Shown in pieces: positions 1 to 8,870 of a DNA stretch of 64,000 nucleotides. The stretch's first letter is position 1. Each line of letters starts with the position of its first letter. Under the pieces are notes generated by a model that worked only from the letters and a program-made list of their open reading frames with translations, did no database searches and was not told where the DNA came from. This stretch comes from Paracoccaceae bacterium. GTDB taxonomy: Bacteria > Pseudomonadota > Alphaproteobacteria > Rhodobacterales > Rhodobacteraceae. A program made the position numbers and the translations under genes. The DNA is taken from contig JBFKOW010000001.1 in the NCBI GenBank assembly GCA_041628615.1, positions 21,963 through 85,962 of the forward strand, given 5' to 3'.

Positions 1-2
1 CC

Positions 3-2042
3 TGGCCGCTGCTCTGGGCCGCCGCGGCGCTGTCGGCGGCGGTGGTCGGCGCGGCGCTGTGGCGCGGGCTGCGCGGCTGGTGGCTGCGGGCGCTGGCGGC
101 GCTGGCGCTGCTCGCCGCGATCGCCAACCCGTCGCTGCAGCAGGAGCGGCGCGAGCCGCTGTCGGACATCGTGATCGCGGTTGTGGACGAAAGCGCGAGC
201 CAGCGGATCGCCGATCGCGCCGGGCAGACCGCCGCGGCGCTGGCCAACCTCGAGGCCGAGATCGCCGACCGGCCCAACACCGAGCTGCGCGTGATCCGGG
301 TGGGCGACGCCGAGGGCGACGGCGGCACCCGGCTGATGACCGCGCTGTCCGAGACGCTGGCCGAGGAGCCGATGGACCGGATCGCCGGGGTGATCTTTCT
401 CAGCGACGGCCGGCTGCACGACCCGGAAGCGGCGCCGCCGGCGCTGCCCGCCCCGGTCCACGTCCTGCAGTCAGGCCGCGACACCGACTGGGACCGCCGG
501 CTGATCGTCCGCAACGCCCCGGCCTTCGCGATCCTCGGCGAGCCGGTGACCCTGACGATCCGGGTCGAGGACGAGGGCGACGCGCCGCCGGGGCCGGCCA
601 ACGTCGATCTCGAGATCGCCATCGACGGCGGCCCGCCGATGGCCTTCAGCGTGCCCGTGGGCCGCGATCTCGACCTGCCGGTCACCCTGCCCCACGGCGG
701 CATGAACGTGCTGCAGTTCTCGGTGCCCGAGGCCGAGGGCGAGATCACCAACCGCAACAACGCCGCCGTGGTTCAGATCAACGGCGTCCGCGACCGGCTG
801 CGGGTGCTGCTGGTGTCCGGCGAGCCGCATCCCGGCGAGCGCACCTGGCGCAACCTGCTGAAATCGGATTCGAGCGTCGATCTCGTGCATTTCACCATCC
901 TGCGGCCGCCGGAGAAGCAGGACGGGGTGCCGGTGGACGAGCTGTCGCTGATCGCCTTCCCGACCCGCGAGCTGTTCCTCGAGAAGATCGACGAGTTCGA
1001 CCTCATCATCTTCGACCGCTACAAGCGGCGCGGCATCCTGCCGGGGCTCTACCTCGACAACATCCGCGCCTATGTCGAGAACGGCGGCGCGCTGCTGATC
1101 GCCGCCGGGCCGGACTATGCCGGGGCCGAGAGCCTGTACCGCTCGCCGCTGGCGCCGGTGCTGCCCGCCGCGCCGACGGCGCAGGTCTACGAACGCCCGT
1201 TCACGCCGCTGCTGACGCCGCTGGGCGACAAGCACCCGGTCACCGAGGGCCTGCCCGCGCTGGCTCCCGAGGGCGCGGACGGGGTGCCGGGCTGGGGCCG
1301 GTGGTTCCGGCAGATCGATCTCGACGTGACCAGCCAGACCGCCGCCATCGTGATGGAGGGGATCGAGGGCGAGCCGCTGCTGCTGCTCGACCGGGTCGGC
1401 GAGGGCCGGGTCGCCCTGCTCGGGTCGGACCATGTCTGGCTGTGGAACCGCGGCTACGAGGGCGGCGGGCCGCAGCTCGAACTGCTGCGCCGGCTGGCGC
1501 ACTGGATGATGAAGGAGCCGGAACTGGAGGAAGAGGCGCTGTGGGTCGAGCCGACCGGCCAGACCATGCGCGTCATCCGCCGCACCCTCGCCGACGAGGT
1601 GGGCGAGGTCACCGTCACCCACCCGGACGGGACCGAGACGGTGCTGCCTCTGGAACAGGTGACGCCGGGCCGGTTCGAGACCGTGTGGGACGCCCCGGAC
1701 GTGGGTCTCTACCGGCTGACCGACGGCACCGAGGAGGCGGTGATCGCCCTCGGTCCCGCCGCCCCGCGCGAGTTCGAGCAGACCATCGCCGGGTCCGACC
1801 TGCTGCTGCCGCTGGTGGAGGCGGGCCGCGGCGCGGTGCTGCCGATGCAGGCCGGCGCGGTGGACCTGCGCAGCGTCCGTCCCGGCCGCCCGGCGGCGGG
1901 CCGCGGCTGGCTCGGGATCACCCCGCGCGAAGCCTACCGCACCGCCGATGTCACCATCCGCCCGTTCTTGCCGGCCTGGGCCTTCCTGCTGCTGTCGGCG
2001 GGACTCGTGGTCGGGGCCTGGCTGCGCGAGGGGCGGCGCTAG
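3..2042 (+). CDS. Large membrane-anchored protein of the Bat/DUF4159 type, with a class-I glutamine-amidotransferase-like middle domain. The 5' end probably lies upstream of the window.
   Basis: ORF track 42..2042 (666 aa). The frame stays open back to nt 3 (WPLLWAAAALSAA...). The N-terminus is hydrophobic and there is a C-terminal TM (FLPAWAFLLLSAGLVVGAWL). The central LRVLLVSGEPHPGERTWRNLL...DLIIFDRY...ENGGALLIAAGP segment looks GATase1/ThuA-like. Family call is from memory only. Confidence 0.55.
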   Translation, partial: WPLLWAAAALSAAVVGAALWRGLRGWWLRALAALALLAAIANPSLQQERREPLSDIVIAVVDESASQRIADRAGQTAAALANLEAEIADRPNTELRVIRVGDAEGDGGTRLMTALSETLAEEPMDRIAGVIFLSDGRLHDPEAAPPALPAPVHVLQSGRDTDWDRRLIVRNAPAFAILGEPVTLTIRVEDEGDAPPGPANVDLEIAIDGGPPMAFSVPVGRDLDLPVTLPHGGMNVLQFSVPEAEGEITNRNNAAVVQINGVRDRLRVLLVSGEPHPGERTWRNLLKSDSSVDLVHFTILRPPEKQDGVPVDELSLIAFPTRELFLEKIDEFDLIIFDRYKRRGILPGLYLDNIRAYVENGGALLIAAGPDYAGAESLYRSPLAPVLPAAPTAQVYERPFTPLLTPLGDKHPVTEGLPALAPEGADGVPGWGRWFRQIDLDVTSQTAAIVMEGIEGEPLLLLDRVGEGRVALLGSDHVWLWNRGYEGGGPQLELLRRLAHWMMKEPELEEEALWVEPTGQTMRVIRRTLADEVGEVTVTHPDGTETVLPLEQVTPGRFETVWDAPDVGLYRLTDGTEEAVIALGPAAPREFEQTIAGSDLLLPLVEAGRGAVLPMQAGAVDLRSVRPGRPAAGRGWLGITPREAYRTADVTIRPFLPAWAFLLLSAGLVVGAWLREGRR

Positions 2043-2207
2043 GCGATCAGCCGTCCTGGCTGTGCCGGGAATCCGGGCGGCCCCGGTGGACCGCCGCGAC
2101 GCAGCGCGGCCCGGCCCCGACCGGCCAGCCCGCCCCGTCGCGCCGCGCCGCCGGGGCGATGCCGAAGCGGGCCAGCGGCGGCTCGGCCGCACGGCGCGGG
2201 TCGGGGG

Positions 2208-3053
2208 TCAGACCGCCTGCAGCCGGAAGCCCAGCGCCTGGTGCCAGTGCATGTGCACCGACACGCAGCGGAAGCCGTGCGCGTCGTGGTTGCGCAGCGC
2301 CAGCCGGGCCCGGTCGAAGGCGGCGACGTAATCCGCCTGCCGGGCCAGATGCGGCGGGTTCTTGTTCAGCAGGACGATCACCGCCCGCCGGGCGATGCGG
2401 CAGAACTCGGCCACCACGTCGCCCCAGCTATCGGGGTGGCAGTAATGCTCGATCGCCTGCATGCAGAAGATGTAGTCCTGGCTCTTGTCCGGCAGCGGAT
2501 AGGGCAGCTTGCCGCCATCGAACAGCGAGATCGGGATGTCCATCGCCTCGATGATCGGGCGGTAGCACCATTCGCTGACGGTTTCGTCGGCGGCCGGGAC
2601 CGGGATGTTGTAGTCGTCCTTGGCGGCGCCGGCGACGTCCTCGTTGACCTTGCGGTGGGCCGCGCCCTCGCCCCGCGCCGCGCCCTGGATGAAGTTGAGG
2701 TAGTCGTTGCCGAGCACACGGTGGCCGAAATGCCGCGCCACTTCCAGCATCCCGCCGTGGGCGGTGGACATCTCGAACACGTCGCAGGGGGCGGCGCCGG
2801 GGGCCAGCAGTTCCGGCGCGAAGAGCTGGATCCGGTTCCAGCTGCGCCGGATGTTGCGGGCCCGGTCCATGTACTTGGGCTGGATCAGGCGCGGCAGGCC
2901 GGTGGCGTCCCAGTCGAACGGGTAGGGCGTGAGCAGCGCCTCGGGCGGCTGTTCGCCGAACAGGTCGGCCTGGTCGGGCTTGTTCAGCGACGCCTTGAGT
3001 TCGCGCCGAAGCCGCTTGAGTTCCCTGGGGTCGGGCGGGGGGATGCCGTCCAT
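2208..3053 (-). CDS. Putative class-I SAM-dependent methyltransferase with an unusually long insert between motifs
   Basis: 281-aa ORF with realistic composition. It has a motif-I-like DVFEMSTAHGGMLEVARHFGHRVLGND and a later YIFCMQAIEHY / AVIVLL pattern typical of Rossmann methyltransferases. Confidence 0.5.
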   Translation of the reverse strand: MDGIPPPDPRELKRLRRELKASLNKPDQADLFGEQPPEALLTPYPFDWDATGLPRLIQPKYMDRARNIRRSWNRIQLFAPELLAPGAAPCDVFEMSTAHGGMLEVARHFGHRVLGNDYLNFIQGAARGEGAAHRKVNEDVAGAAKDDYNIPVPAADETVSEWCYRPIIEAMDIPISLFDGGKLPYPLPDKSQDYIFCMQAIEHYCHPDSWGDVVAEFCRIARRAVIVLLNKNPPHLARQADYVAAFDRARLALRNHDAHGFRCVSVHMHWHQALGFRLQAV

Positions 3054-3228
3054 CTGCGCTGCCTGCTGCTGGTCCCGGTCTTCATCCGGGATACGCGGCG
3101 CGGGGCCCCGGAATCAAGCGCAGGACCGGGCGCGGACGGGCCGGGGTCGCGGTTTCGGCCCGGGCGTCACGCAAAACCCACGCCGGGGCGGGCCGGCCGG
3201 GCGGGGGCGCCGCCCGGCGTCGCGGCGG

Positions 3229-4017
3229 TCAGCGGCCGCCGGTCTCGTCGTCCTCGTCCTCGTCGTCATCGGCGTCCGGCAGGTTGAAGAAGCTGTCGGC
3301 GTCGGTGTAGCGCGGGTCGTTGCGGTCGTCCTCGTCGTCGTCGTCGGCCGTGCCGCTGTCCGACAGGGTGAAGGTCTCTAGCCCGGAGATCGCCGTCGGC
3401 ATCCGCGGCTCGGGATCCATCGACAGGCTCTGCTGGGTCGAGACCAGCTTGCGGCGCTCGTCGTCGGACATCACCTCGCCATCCTTGGCCCGCTTGGCGT
3501 TGGCCTTCTGCACCGCGGCGTCAAGCTCGGACTGCTTGCACAGGCCGAGCGCCACCGGGTCGATCGGCTCCATGTTGGAGATGTTCCAGTGGGTGCGCTC
3601 GCGGATCGACTGGATCGTCGGCTTGGTGGTGCCCACCAGCTTGGAGATCTGGCCGTCGGACAGTTCGGGGTGGAACTTGACCAGCCAGAGGATCGCGTTC
3701 GGGCGGTCCTGCCGCTTGGACAGCGGGGTGTAGCGCGGGCCGCGGCGCTTCTGCTCGCCCTCGGCGGCCGGGTTGTGCAGCAGCTTGAGCTTGTGCAGCG
3801 GGTCCTTCTCGGCGGCGTCGATCTCGGCCTGGGTCAGCTGCTTGTTGGCGATCGGGTCGAAGCCCTTGACCCCGGCGGCCACGTCGCCGTCGGCGATGCC
3901 CTGCACCTCGAGTTCGTGCAGGCCGACGAAATCGGCGATCTGCCTGAAGCTGATGGTGGTGTTGTCCACCAGCCAGACGGCGGTGGCCTTGGCCATGATC
4001 GGTTTGTCGTCAGCCAT
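3229..4017 (-). CDS. DUF1013-family protein (TrcR-like cell-cycle transcriptional regulator) with a strongly acidic C-terminal tail
   Basis: 262 aa. The N-terminus KATAVWLVDNTTISFRQIADFVGLHELEVQGIADG and the second HTH-like repeat ILWLVKFHPELSDGQISKLVGTTKPTIQSIRERTHWN match my recollection of the alphaproteobacterial DUF1013/TrcR family. The tail is DDDDEDD...DADDDEDEDDE. Confidence 0.7.
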   Translation of the reverse strand: MADDKPIMAKATAVWLVDNTTISFRQIADFVGLHELEVQGIADGDVAAGVKGFDPIANKQLTQAEIDAAEKDPLHKLKLLHNPAAEGEQKRRGPRYTPLSKRQDRPNAILWLVKFHPELSDGQISKLVGTTKPTIQSIRERTHWNISNMEPIDPVALGLCKQSELDAAVQKANAKRAKDGEVMSDDERRKLVSTQQSLSMDPEPRMPTAISGLETFTLSDSGTADDDDEDDRNDPRYTDADSFFNLPDADDDEDEDDETGGR

Positions 4018-4147
4018 CGGTGGCCTCCTTTCGCATACGCCTTTCCCGTGCCCTGGACCGAGGGCGGGCCGCTGCGGCCCCGGGGTTCGAGTTGTCGGGA
4101 AACTCGGCGGCTATATAGTCGGCGGGACAAGAGGAGGGAAGCCCCTA

Positions 4148-4801
4148 ATGCGGCGATGTCTGGTGCTCCTGCTGGCGCTCTGGCCGGCGTTCCTGGTCCC
4201 CGCGGCCCCGGCGCGGGCCGAGGGCACGGCGGGCGACTTCGACTACTACGTGATGGCGCTGTCGTGGTCGCCGGGCTGGTGCGCCGCCGAGGGCGCCGCC
4301 CGCGACGATCCGCAATGCGCCGCGGGCGCCCGCTTCGGCTGGGTGCTGCACGGGCTCTGGCCGCAATACGAGGACGGCGGCTGGCCCGACTTCTGCCCGA
4401 CCGGGGCGCGCAACCCGTCCCGCGCCGACACCGCCGCCGAGGCCGACCTGTTCGGGTCGTCGGGGTCGGCGTGGCACCAGTGGAACAAGCATGGCCGCTG
4501 CACCGGGCTGTCGGCGGCGGACTACTACCGGCTGTCGCGGCTGGCCTATGACCGGGTCACCCGGCCCGAGGTGTTCCGCCGGCTGGACCGCGACGTGCGG
4601 CTGCCAGCGCGGGTGGTGGAGGAGGCGTTCCTCGAAGCGAACCCCGGCCTGACCGCCGACATGATCACCGTGACCTGCCGCGACCGCGCGATCCGCGAGG
4701 CGCGGATCTGCCTGACCCGCGACCTGAGCCCGCGCCCCTGCGGCGAGGGGCTGCGCCGGGACTGTCCGCTGGACGACGCGCTGTTCCGGGCGATCCGCTA
4801 G
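4148..4801 (+). CDS. Secreted ribonuclease T2 family protein
   Basis: Internal ATG at 4148 of ORF 3773..4801, preceded by gaggaggga. Signal peptide MRRCLVLLLALWPAFLVPAAPARA. CAS-I motif VLHGLWPQ and a CAS-II-like WHQWNKHGRC. Confidence 0.85.
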   Translation: MRRCLVLLLALWPAFLVPAAPARAEGTAGDFDYYVMALSWSPGWCAAEGAARDDPQCAAGARFGWVLHGLWPQYEDGGWPDFCPTGARNPSRADTAAEADLFGSSGSAWHQWNKHGRCTGLSAADYYRLSRLAYDRVTRPEVFRRLDRDVRLPARVVEEAFLEANPGLTADMITVTCRDRAIREARICLTRDLSPRPCGEGLRRDCPLDDALFRAIR

Positions 4802-4898
4802 TCACAGGCGCCGCAAGAAGCGCGCCGGCGGGGGTTGCGCCCGCGCCGCAACCGCGTATTGCAACGGATGTTTGCGCAAACAGGTCGTGGAGGTCGAG

Positions 4899-6524
4899 AT
4901 GCGGGAATGGTGGCGGGACGCGGTGATCTACCAGATCTACCCGCGCAGCTTTCAGGACTCCACCGGCGACGGGGTCGGCGATCTGAACGGCATCACCCGG
5001 CGGCTGCCGCATGTCGCCGGCCTTGGCGCCGACTGCATCTGGATCTCGCCGGTGTTCAAGTCGCCGCAGCGCGACATGGGCTACGATGTCAGCGACTACA
5101 AGGCGATCGACCCGCTGTTCGGCACGCTGGACGATTTCGACCGGCTGATCGCCACCGCCCATGATCTCGGGCTCAAGGTCATCACCGACCAGGTGCTGTC
5201 GCATACTTCGAACGCGCATCCGTGGTTCCAGGAAAGCCGGCAGGACCGGACCAACCCGAAGGCCGACTGGTACGTCTGGGCCGACCCGCTGCCCGACGGC
5301 AGTCCGCCGACCAACTGGCACAGCCATTTCGGCGGCCCGGCCTGGGAATTCGACCCCGGCCGCGGGCAGTATTTCCTGCACCATTTCCTGTCCACCCAGC
5401 CGGACCTGAACTTCCACAACCCCGACGTGGTGGACGCGATCCTCGACGTCTGCGCGTTCTGGCTCGACCGCGGGCTTGACGGGTTCCGGCTCGACACCGT
5501 GAACTACTACTTCCACGACCGGAAGCTGCGTTCGAACCCGCCGGCCAGGACCCGGCCGCAGGTGATGGCGACCGACCTCTACGGGATGCAGCAGAACATC
5601 TACAACAAGACCCGGCCCGAGAACCTCGGCTTTCTCGAGAAGCTCCGCGCCCTGACCGACCGCTACGGCGACATCATGATGGTCGGCGAAGTGGGCGAGA
5701 TGGGCCAGCGGTCGATCGAGATCATGGGCGAATACACCGCCGGGACGAAACGCCTGCACATGGCCTATTCCTTCGCCATGCTGGGCCCGGATTTCAGCGC
5801 CGCGCATTTCCGCGGCTGCATCGAGGGGTTCCGCAAGGGCGCCCCGGACGGCCATCCGAAGTGGTCCTTCTCGAACCACGACGTGCCCCGCCATGCCGGC
5901 CGCTGGGCCGATCATGCCGGCGGCGACAGCGACGCCATCGCCCGGATGGCGGCGGCGATGCTGATGTCGTTTCCCGGCACCATCGGCATCTACCAGGGCG
6001 AGGAACTGGGCCAGACCGACACCGAGCTGGTGTTCGAGGAACTGACCGACCCACCGGCGATCCGGTTCTGGCCCGCCGAGAAGGGCCGCGACGGCTGCCG
6101 CACCCCGATGGTCTGGGAGGCCGAGGCGCCGAACGCCGGGTTCAGCGACGGCAAGCCCTGGCTGCCGGTGAAGCCGCCGCAGGCCCGCCGCGCCGTCGAC
6201 GTTCAGGAGGCCGACCCGGACAGCGTGCTGCACCACTACCGCACGGTGATCGCGTTCCGGAAGGGCTCGGTGGCATTCCGCGAGAGCGACATCGCCTTCC
6301 ACGACCTGCCCGAGCCGGTGCTGGCCTTCACCCGGGTGGCGGAGGGCGAGCGGATCACCTGCCTCTACAACCTCGGCCCCGATCCGGTGACCGTGGCCCT
6401 TGGCGGGACCGCCGAGATCACCGGCCCGCACAAGGCGGCGCTCGATGGCGGGACGCTGGAGTTGCCGGGGATCGGCTACGCCTGGCTGCGCCACGAGGCC
6501 GACCTGGCCCCCGCCATCGCCTGA
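4899..6524 (+). CDS. GH13 alpha-glucosidase / oligo-1,6-glucosidase-like
   Basis: MREWWRDAVIYQIYPRSFQDSTGDGVGDLNGI..., GFRLDTVNY, MVGEV and FSNHD are classic GH13 subfamily motifs. The start was moved to the Met immediately before WWRDAVIYQIYP. Confidence 0.9.
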   Translation: MREWWRDAVIYQIYPRSFQDSTGDGVGDLNGITRRLPHVAGLGADCIWISPVFKSPQRDMGYDVSDYKAIDPLFGTLDDFDRLIATAHDLGLKVITDQVLSHTSNAHPWFQESRQDRTNPKADWYVWADPLPDGSPPTNWHSHFGGPAWEFDPGRGQYFLHHFLSTQPDLNFHNPDVVDAILDVCAFWLDRGLDGFRLDTVNYYFHDRKLRSNPPARTRPQVMATDLYGMQQNIYNKTRPENLGFLEKLRALTDRYGDIMMVGEVGEMGQRSIEIMGEYTAGTKRLHMAYSFAMLGPDFSAAHFRGCIEGFRKGAPDGHPKWSFSNHDVPRHAGRWADHAGGDSDAIARMAAAMLMSFPGTIGIYQGEELGQTDTELVFEELTDPPAIRFWPAEKGRDGCRTPMVWEAEAPNAGFSDGKPWLPVKPPQARRAVDVQEADPDSVLHHYRTVIAFRKGSVAFRESDIAFHDLPEPVLAFTRVAEGERITCLYNLGPDPVTVALGGTAEITGPHKAALDGGTLELPGIGYAWLRHEADLAPAIA

Positions 6525-6533
6525 CCGGCGGGG

Positions 6534-7040
6534 TCAGCCGCCATCGTCTCCCGGCGCGGCGGCGGCGGCGGCCCAGCGGAACTGCGCCTCGGTCTGCACC
6601 GCGCAGGGCCGCACCGCCCGCAGCCGGGCCAGCGCCGCCTCGGGCCCCTCGCCCAGTTCGACCAGCAGCCGCAGCGCCACCATGCCGGACCGGCCGCAGC
6701 CGGCGAAGCAGTGCACCAGCACCCTGCCGCCCCGCCCGAGGTGCCGCCGCGCCGCCGCCGAGACCTCGGGCCAGCGCGCCAGCGCGGCGTCGTCCGGCGC
6801 GCCGTAGTCGGTCACCGGCAGGTGCGCCCAGTCGATGCCGCAGGCGGCGCAGTCCGCGCCCAGCCCGCCCGAGCCCTTGCGCTCCAGCTCCGACAGCGCG
6901 CAGACCGTCACCACCATCGCCGGGCCCCAGTCCAGCAGCCGGTTGAAATCGGTGGCGTAGTGCCGGGACCGGCCGGGCAGCGGCGACAGCGCGAGCGTGC
7001 CGCCGCCGGCGGGCACCTCGTGGATGGTGAATTCAGCCAT
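6534..7040 (-). CDS. Dual-specificity / Cys-based protein phosphatase (HCX5R)
   Basis: 168 aa. VHCFAGCGRSG is a CX5R P-loop, and an upstream LPVTDYGAPD supplies a candidate general-acid Asp. Confidence 0.75.
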   Translation of the reverse strand: MAEFTIHEVPAGGGTLALSPLPGRSRHYATDFNRLLDWGPAMVVTVCALSELERKGSGGLGADCAACGIDWAHLPVTDYGAPDDAALARWPEVSAAARRHLGRGGRVLVHCFAGCGRSGMVALRLLVELGEGPEAALARLRAVRPCAVQTEAQFRWAAAAAAPGDDGG

Positions 7041-7076
7041 GCGCCCCCTGCCCGGCCGGATCGCGCCCCGGCTGTC

Positions 7077-8636
7077 TCATGTCACCCCGTGCTCCACCAC
7101 CTGCCCGGGCCGCGCCTCGGCCCAGTCGGCGAGGAAGGCGGCGACCTCGGGATCGCCCGCCGCCTGCGCCGCCCGGCGCGGCAGCGCGACGCCGTGTTCC
7201 AGCGCGATCCGCAGGCAGCCGACATGGTCGCGCCCGGCGCGGTCGGGGTTGTTCTCGGAGCCGTGGATGATGCTGGACAGCAGCGTCCCGCCGTAGCCGT
7301 TGACGTGGGACAGATCGGGCCGCAGCGAGATCAGGTAGCCCATCATCGCGGGCAGCCCCTCCCAGCCGGCGACCTGCACCGGGGTCATCCCGTCGAGCGG
7401 GTCGGGCCGGTCGTATTCCACCCCGAGCGCCACCAGCCGGCGGACGTGGTCGTCCTTGCCCGGCAGGTGCACGATGTGGCGCAGGATGTCGCGGAAGCCG
7501 CCGTCGAGCCGGGCCGGGTCGAGCACCGCGCCGCCGCTGTCCGCGCCCCGCGCGGCGGCGGCAAGCAGCGTCTCCTCGGGGGTCAGCGCGTCGTCGGCGG
7601 CCCCCAGCGCCGCCAGCCGGTCGGCCAGCGCGGCGTTGCCGTAGACGGCGGCGGTGGCGAAGGCCGACTTGCCCTGCCAGCGCAGGTGCGGATCGGCCCC
7701 GGCGGCGAGCAGCAGGTCGCAGACCGCCGCCGAGCACAGCCGCCGCGCGGCGTGGTGCAGGCAGGGCACCACCATCGGCGCCTCGCCGCCCGCCGCGGCG
7801 GCGGTGACCTCGTTCGGGTCGGCCCCGGCGTCGAGCAGCAGCGCCACCATGCCGGCGTCGTCGAAATCGAGCGCCCGGGCCAGCGCGTTGGTGCCGCGCG
7901 GGTCGGCGCCGTGGCCGAGCAGCAGGCGCAGCCCCTCGGGGTGGCCCAGTTCGGTGGCGTGGTAGAGGCTTTCGCCGTCGTTCGGATCGGCCCCGTGGTC
8001 GAGCAGCCAGGCCGCCAGCGGCAGGTTCCCGGCATGGCCCAGCGCGAAGTAGAGCGGCGAGAGCAGGTGCGCCGGGTCCTCGGGCCAGGGCAGGCCCGCG
8101 TTCAGGTCCACCCCGGCGGCGAGGAACCGGTCGGCGATGGCCAGCATCGCGGCGCGCCGGGCGGGCAACAGCCGGTGCATCCGCGACCGGCAGAAATGGA
8201 TGAACGGCGGCGCCGCGCCGATCCGGTGGTGGACGGCCTCCGGGTCCGCGGTCAGCATCCGGTCCACCGCCGCGGCCTCGTGGAACCCGGCGGCCAGCGC
8301 CAGCGTGGCGGTGGTCAGGCCGGGATCGTCGGCGAGCAGGCGGCGCACCACGTGGTCCTGCCCCTCGGCCATCGCCAGCGTCAGCCGCTGGATCCGCGCC
8401 GCCCGGTCGAGCCCGTGCAGGTCGGCCGCCGCCACCAGCGCGGGCCACGAGGCGAAGCCCCGTTCGCAGGCGATCACGTGCAGGAAATCGGCGTGCTTCA
8501 GGTCGGCCCCCTCGGGGCGCGGCCGGGCGGCCCGCACCCGCTGCCGGGCGCCGGGGTCGCCGTTGTCATGGGCCTTGCGCAACGCCTTGGCGTCCCGGCG
8601 CAACTGGTCGATGGATCTGGTCATCGGCTTCCTCAT
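7077..8636 (-). CDS. Ankyrin-repeat protein
   Basis: This is the distal 519 aa of ORF 7077..9344; the upstream part is antisense to dnaX and is Arg/Gly junk. The start MRKPMTRSIDQL is at 8636, with an alternative Met at 8624. There are multiple ANK-like units (LLDHGADPN, LLLGHGADPRG, LLLDAGADPNE, LLLAAGADPH). Confidence 0.8.
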   Translation of the reverse strand: MRKPMTRSIDQLRRDAKALRKAHDNGDPGARQRVRAARPRPEGADLKHADFLHVIACERGFASWPALVAAADLHGLDRAARIQRLTLAMAEGQDHVVRRLLADDPGLTTATLALAAGFHEAAAVDRMLTADPEAVHHRIGAAPPFIHFCRSRMHRLLPARRAAMLAIADRFLAAGVDLNAGLPWPEDPAHLLSPLYFALGHAGNLPLAAWLLDHGADPNDGESLYHATELGHPEGLRLLLGHGADPRGTNALARALDFDDAGMVALLLDAGADPNEVTAAAAGGEAPMVVPCLHHAARRLCSAAVCDLLLAAGADPHLRWQGKSAFATAAVYGNAALADRLAALGAADDALTPEETLLAAAARGADSGGAVLDPARLDGGFRDILRHIVHLPGKDDHVRRLVALGVEYDRPDPLDGMTPVQVAGWEGLPAMMGYLISLRPDLSHVNGYGGTLLSSIIHGSENNPDRAGRDHVGCLRIALEHGVALPRRAAQAAGDPEVAAFLADWAEARPGQVVEHGVT

Positions 8637-8870
8637 CGCCTGGCCCGGCGGTCCGCTGGATCGGGCATGAGAAAGACCGAAGGGTCTTGTCCTTGCGGCG
8701 ATCGGGTGCCGGTGCCGGCTGTCCGCGGACCTGGGTGCCCCCCGATGACGGGCACCTCCACGGTAGCCGGGGCAAAGCCGCCGGGCAACCGCGCCCTGCA
8801 CCGGACGGCGGTTGTCGCCGCCCGCCGCCGCGCCTAAGGTCGGACGATCCCTCCGCCTTCCGGACCGCCG

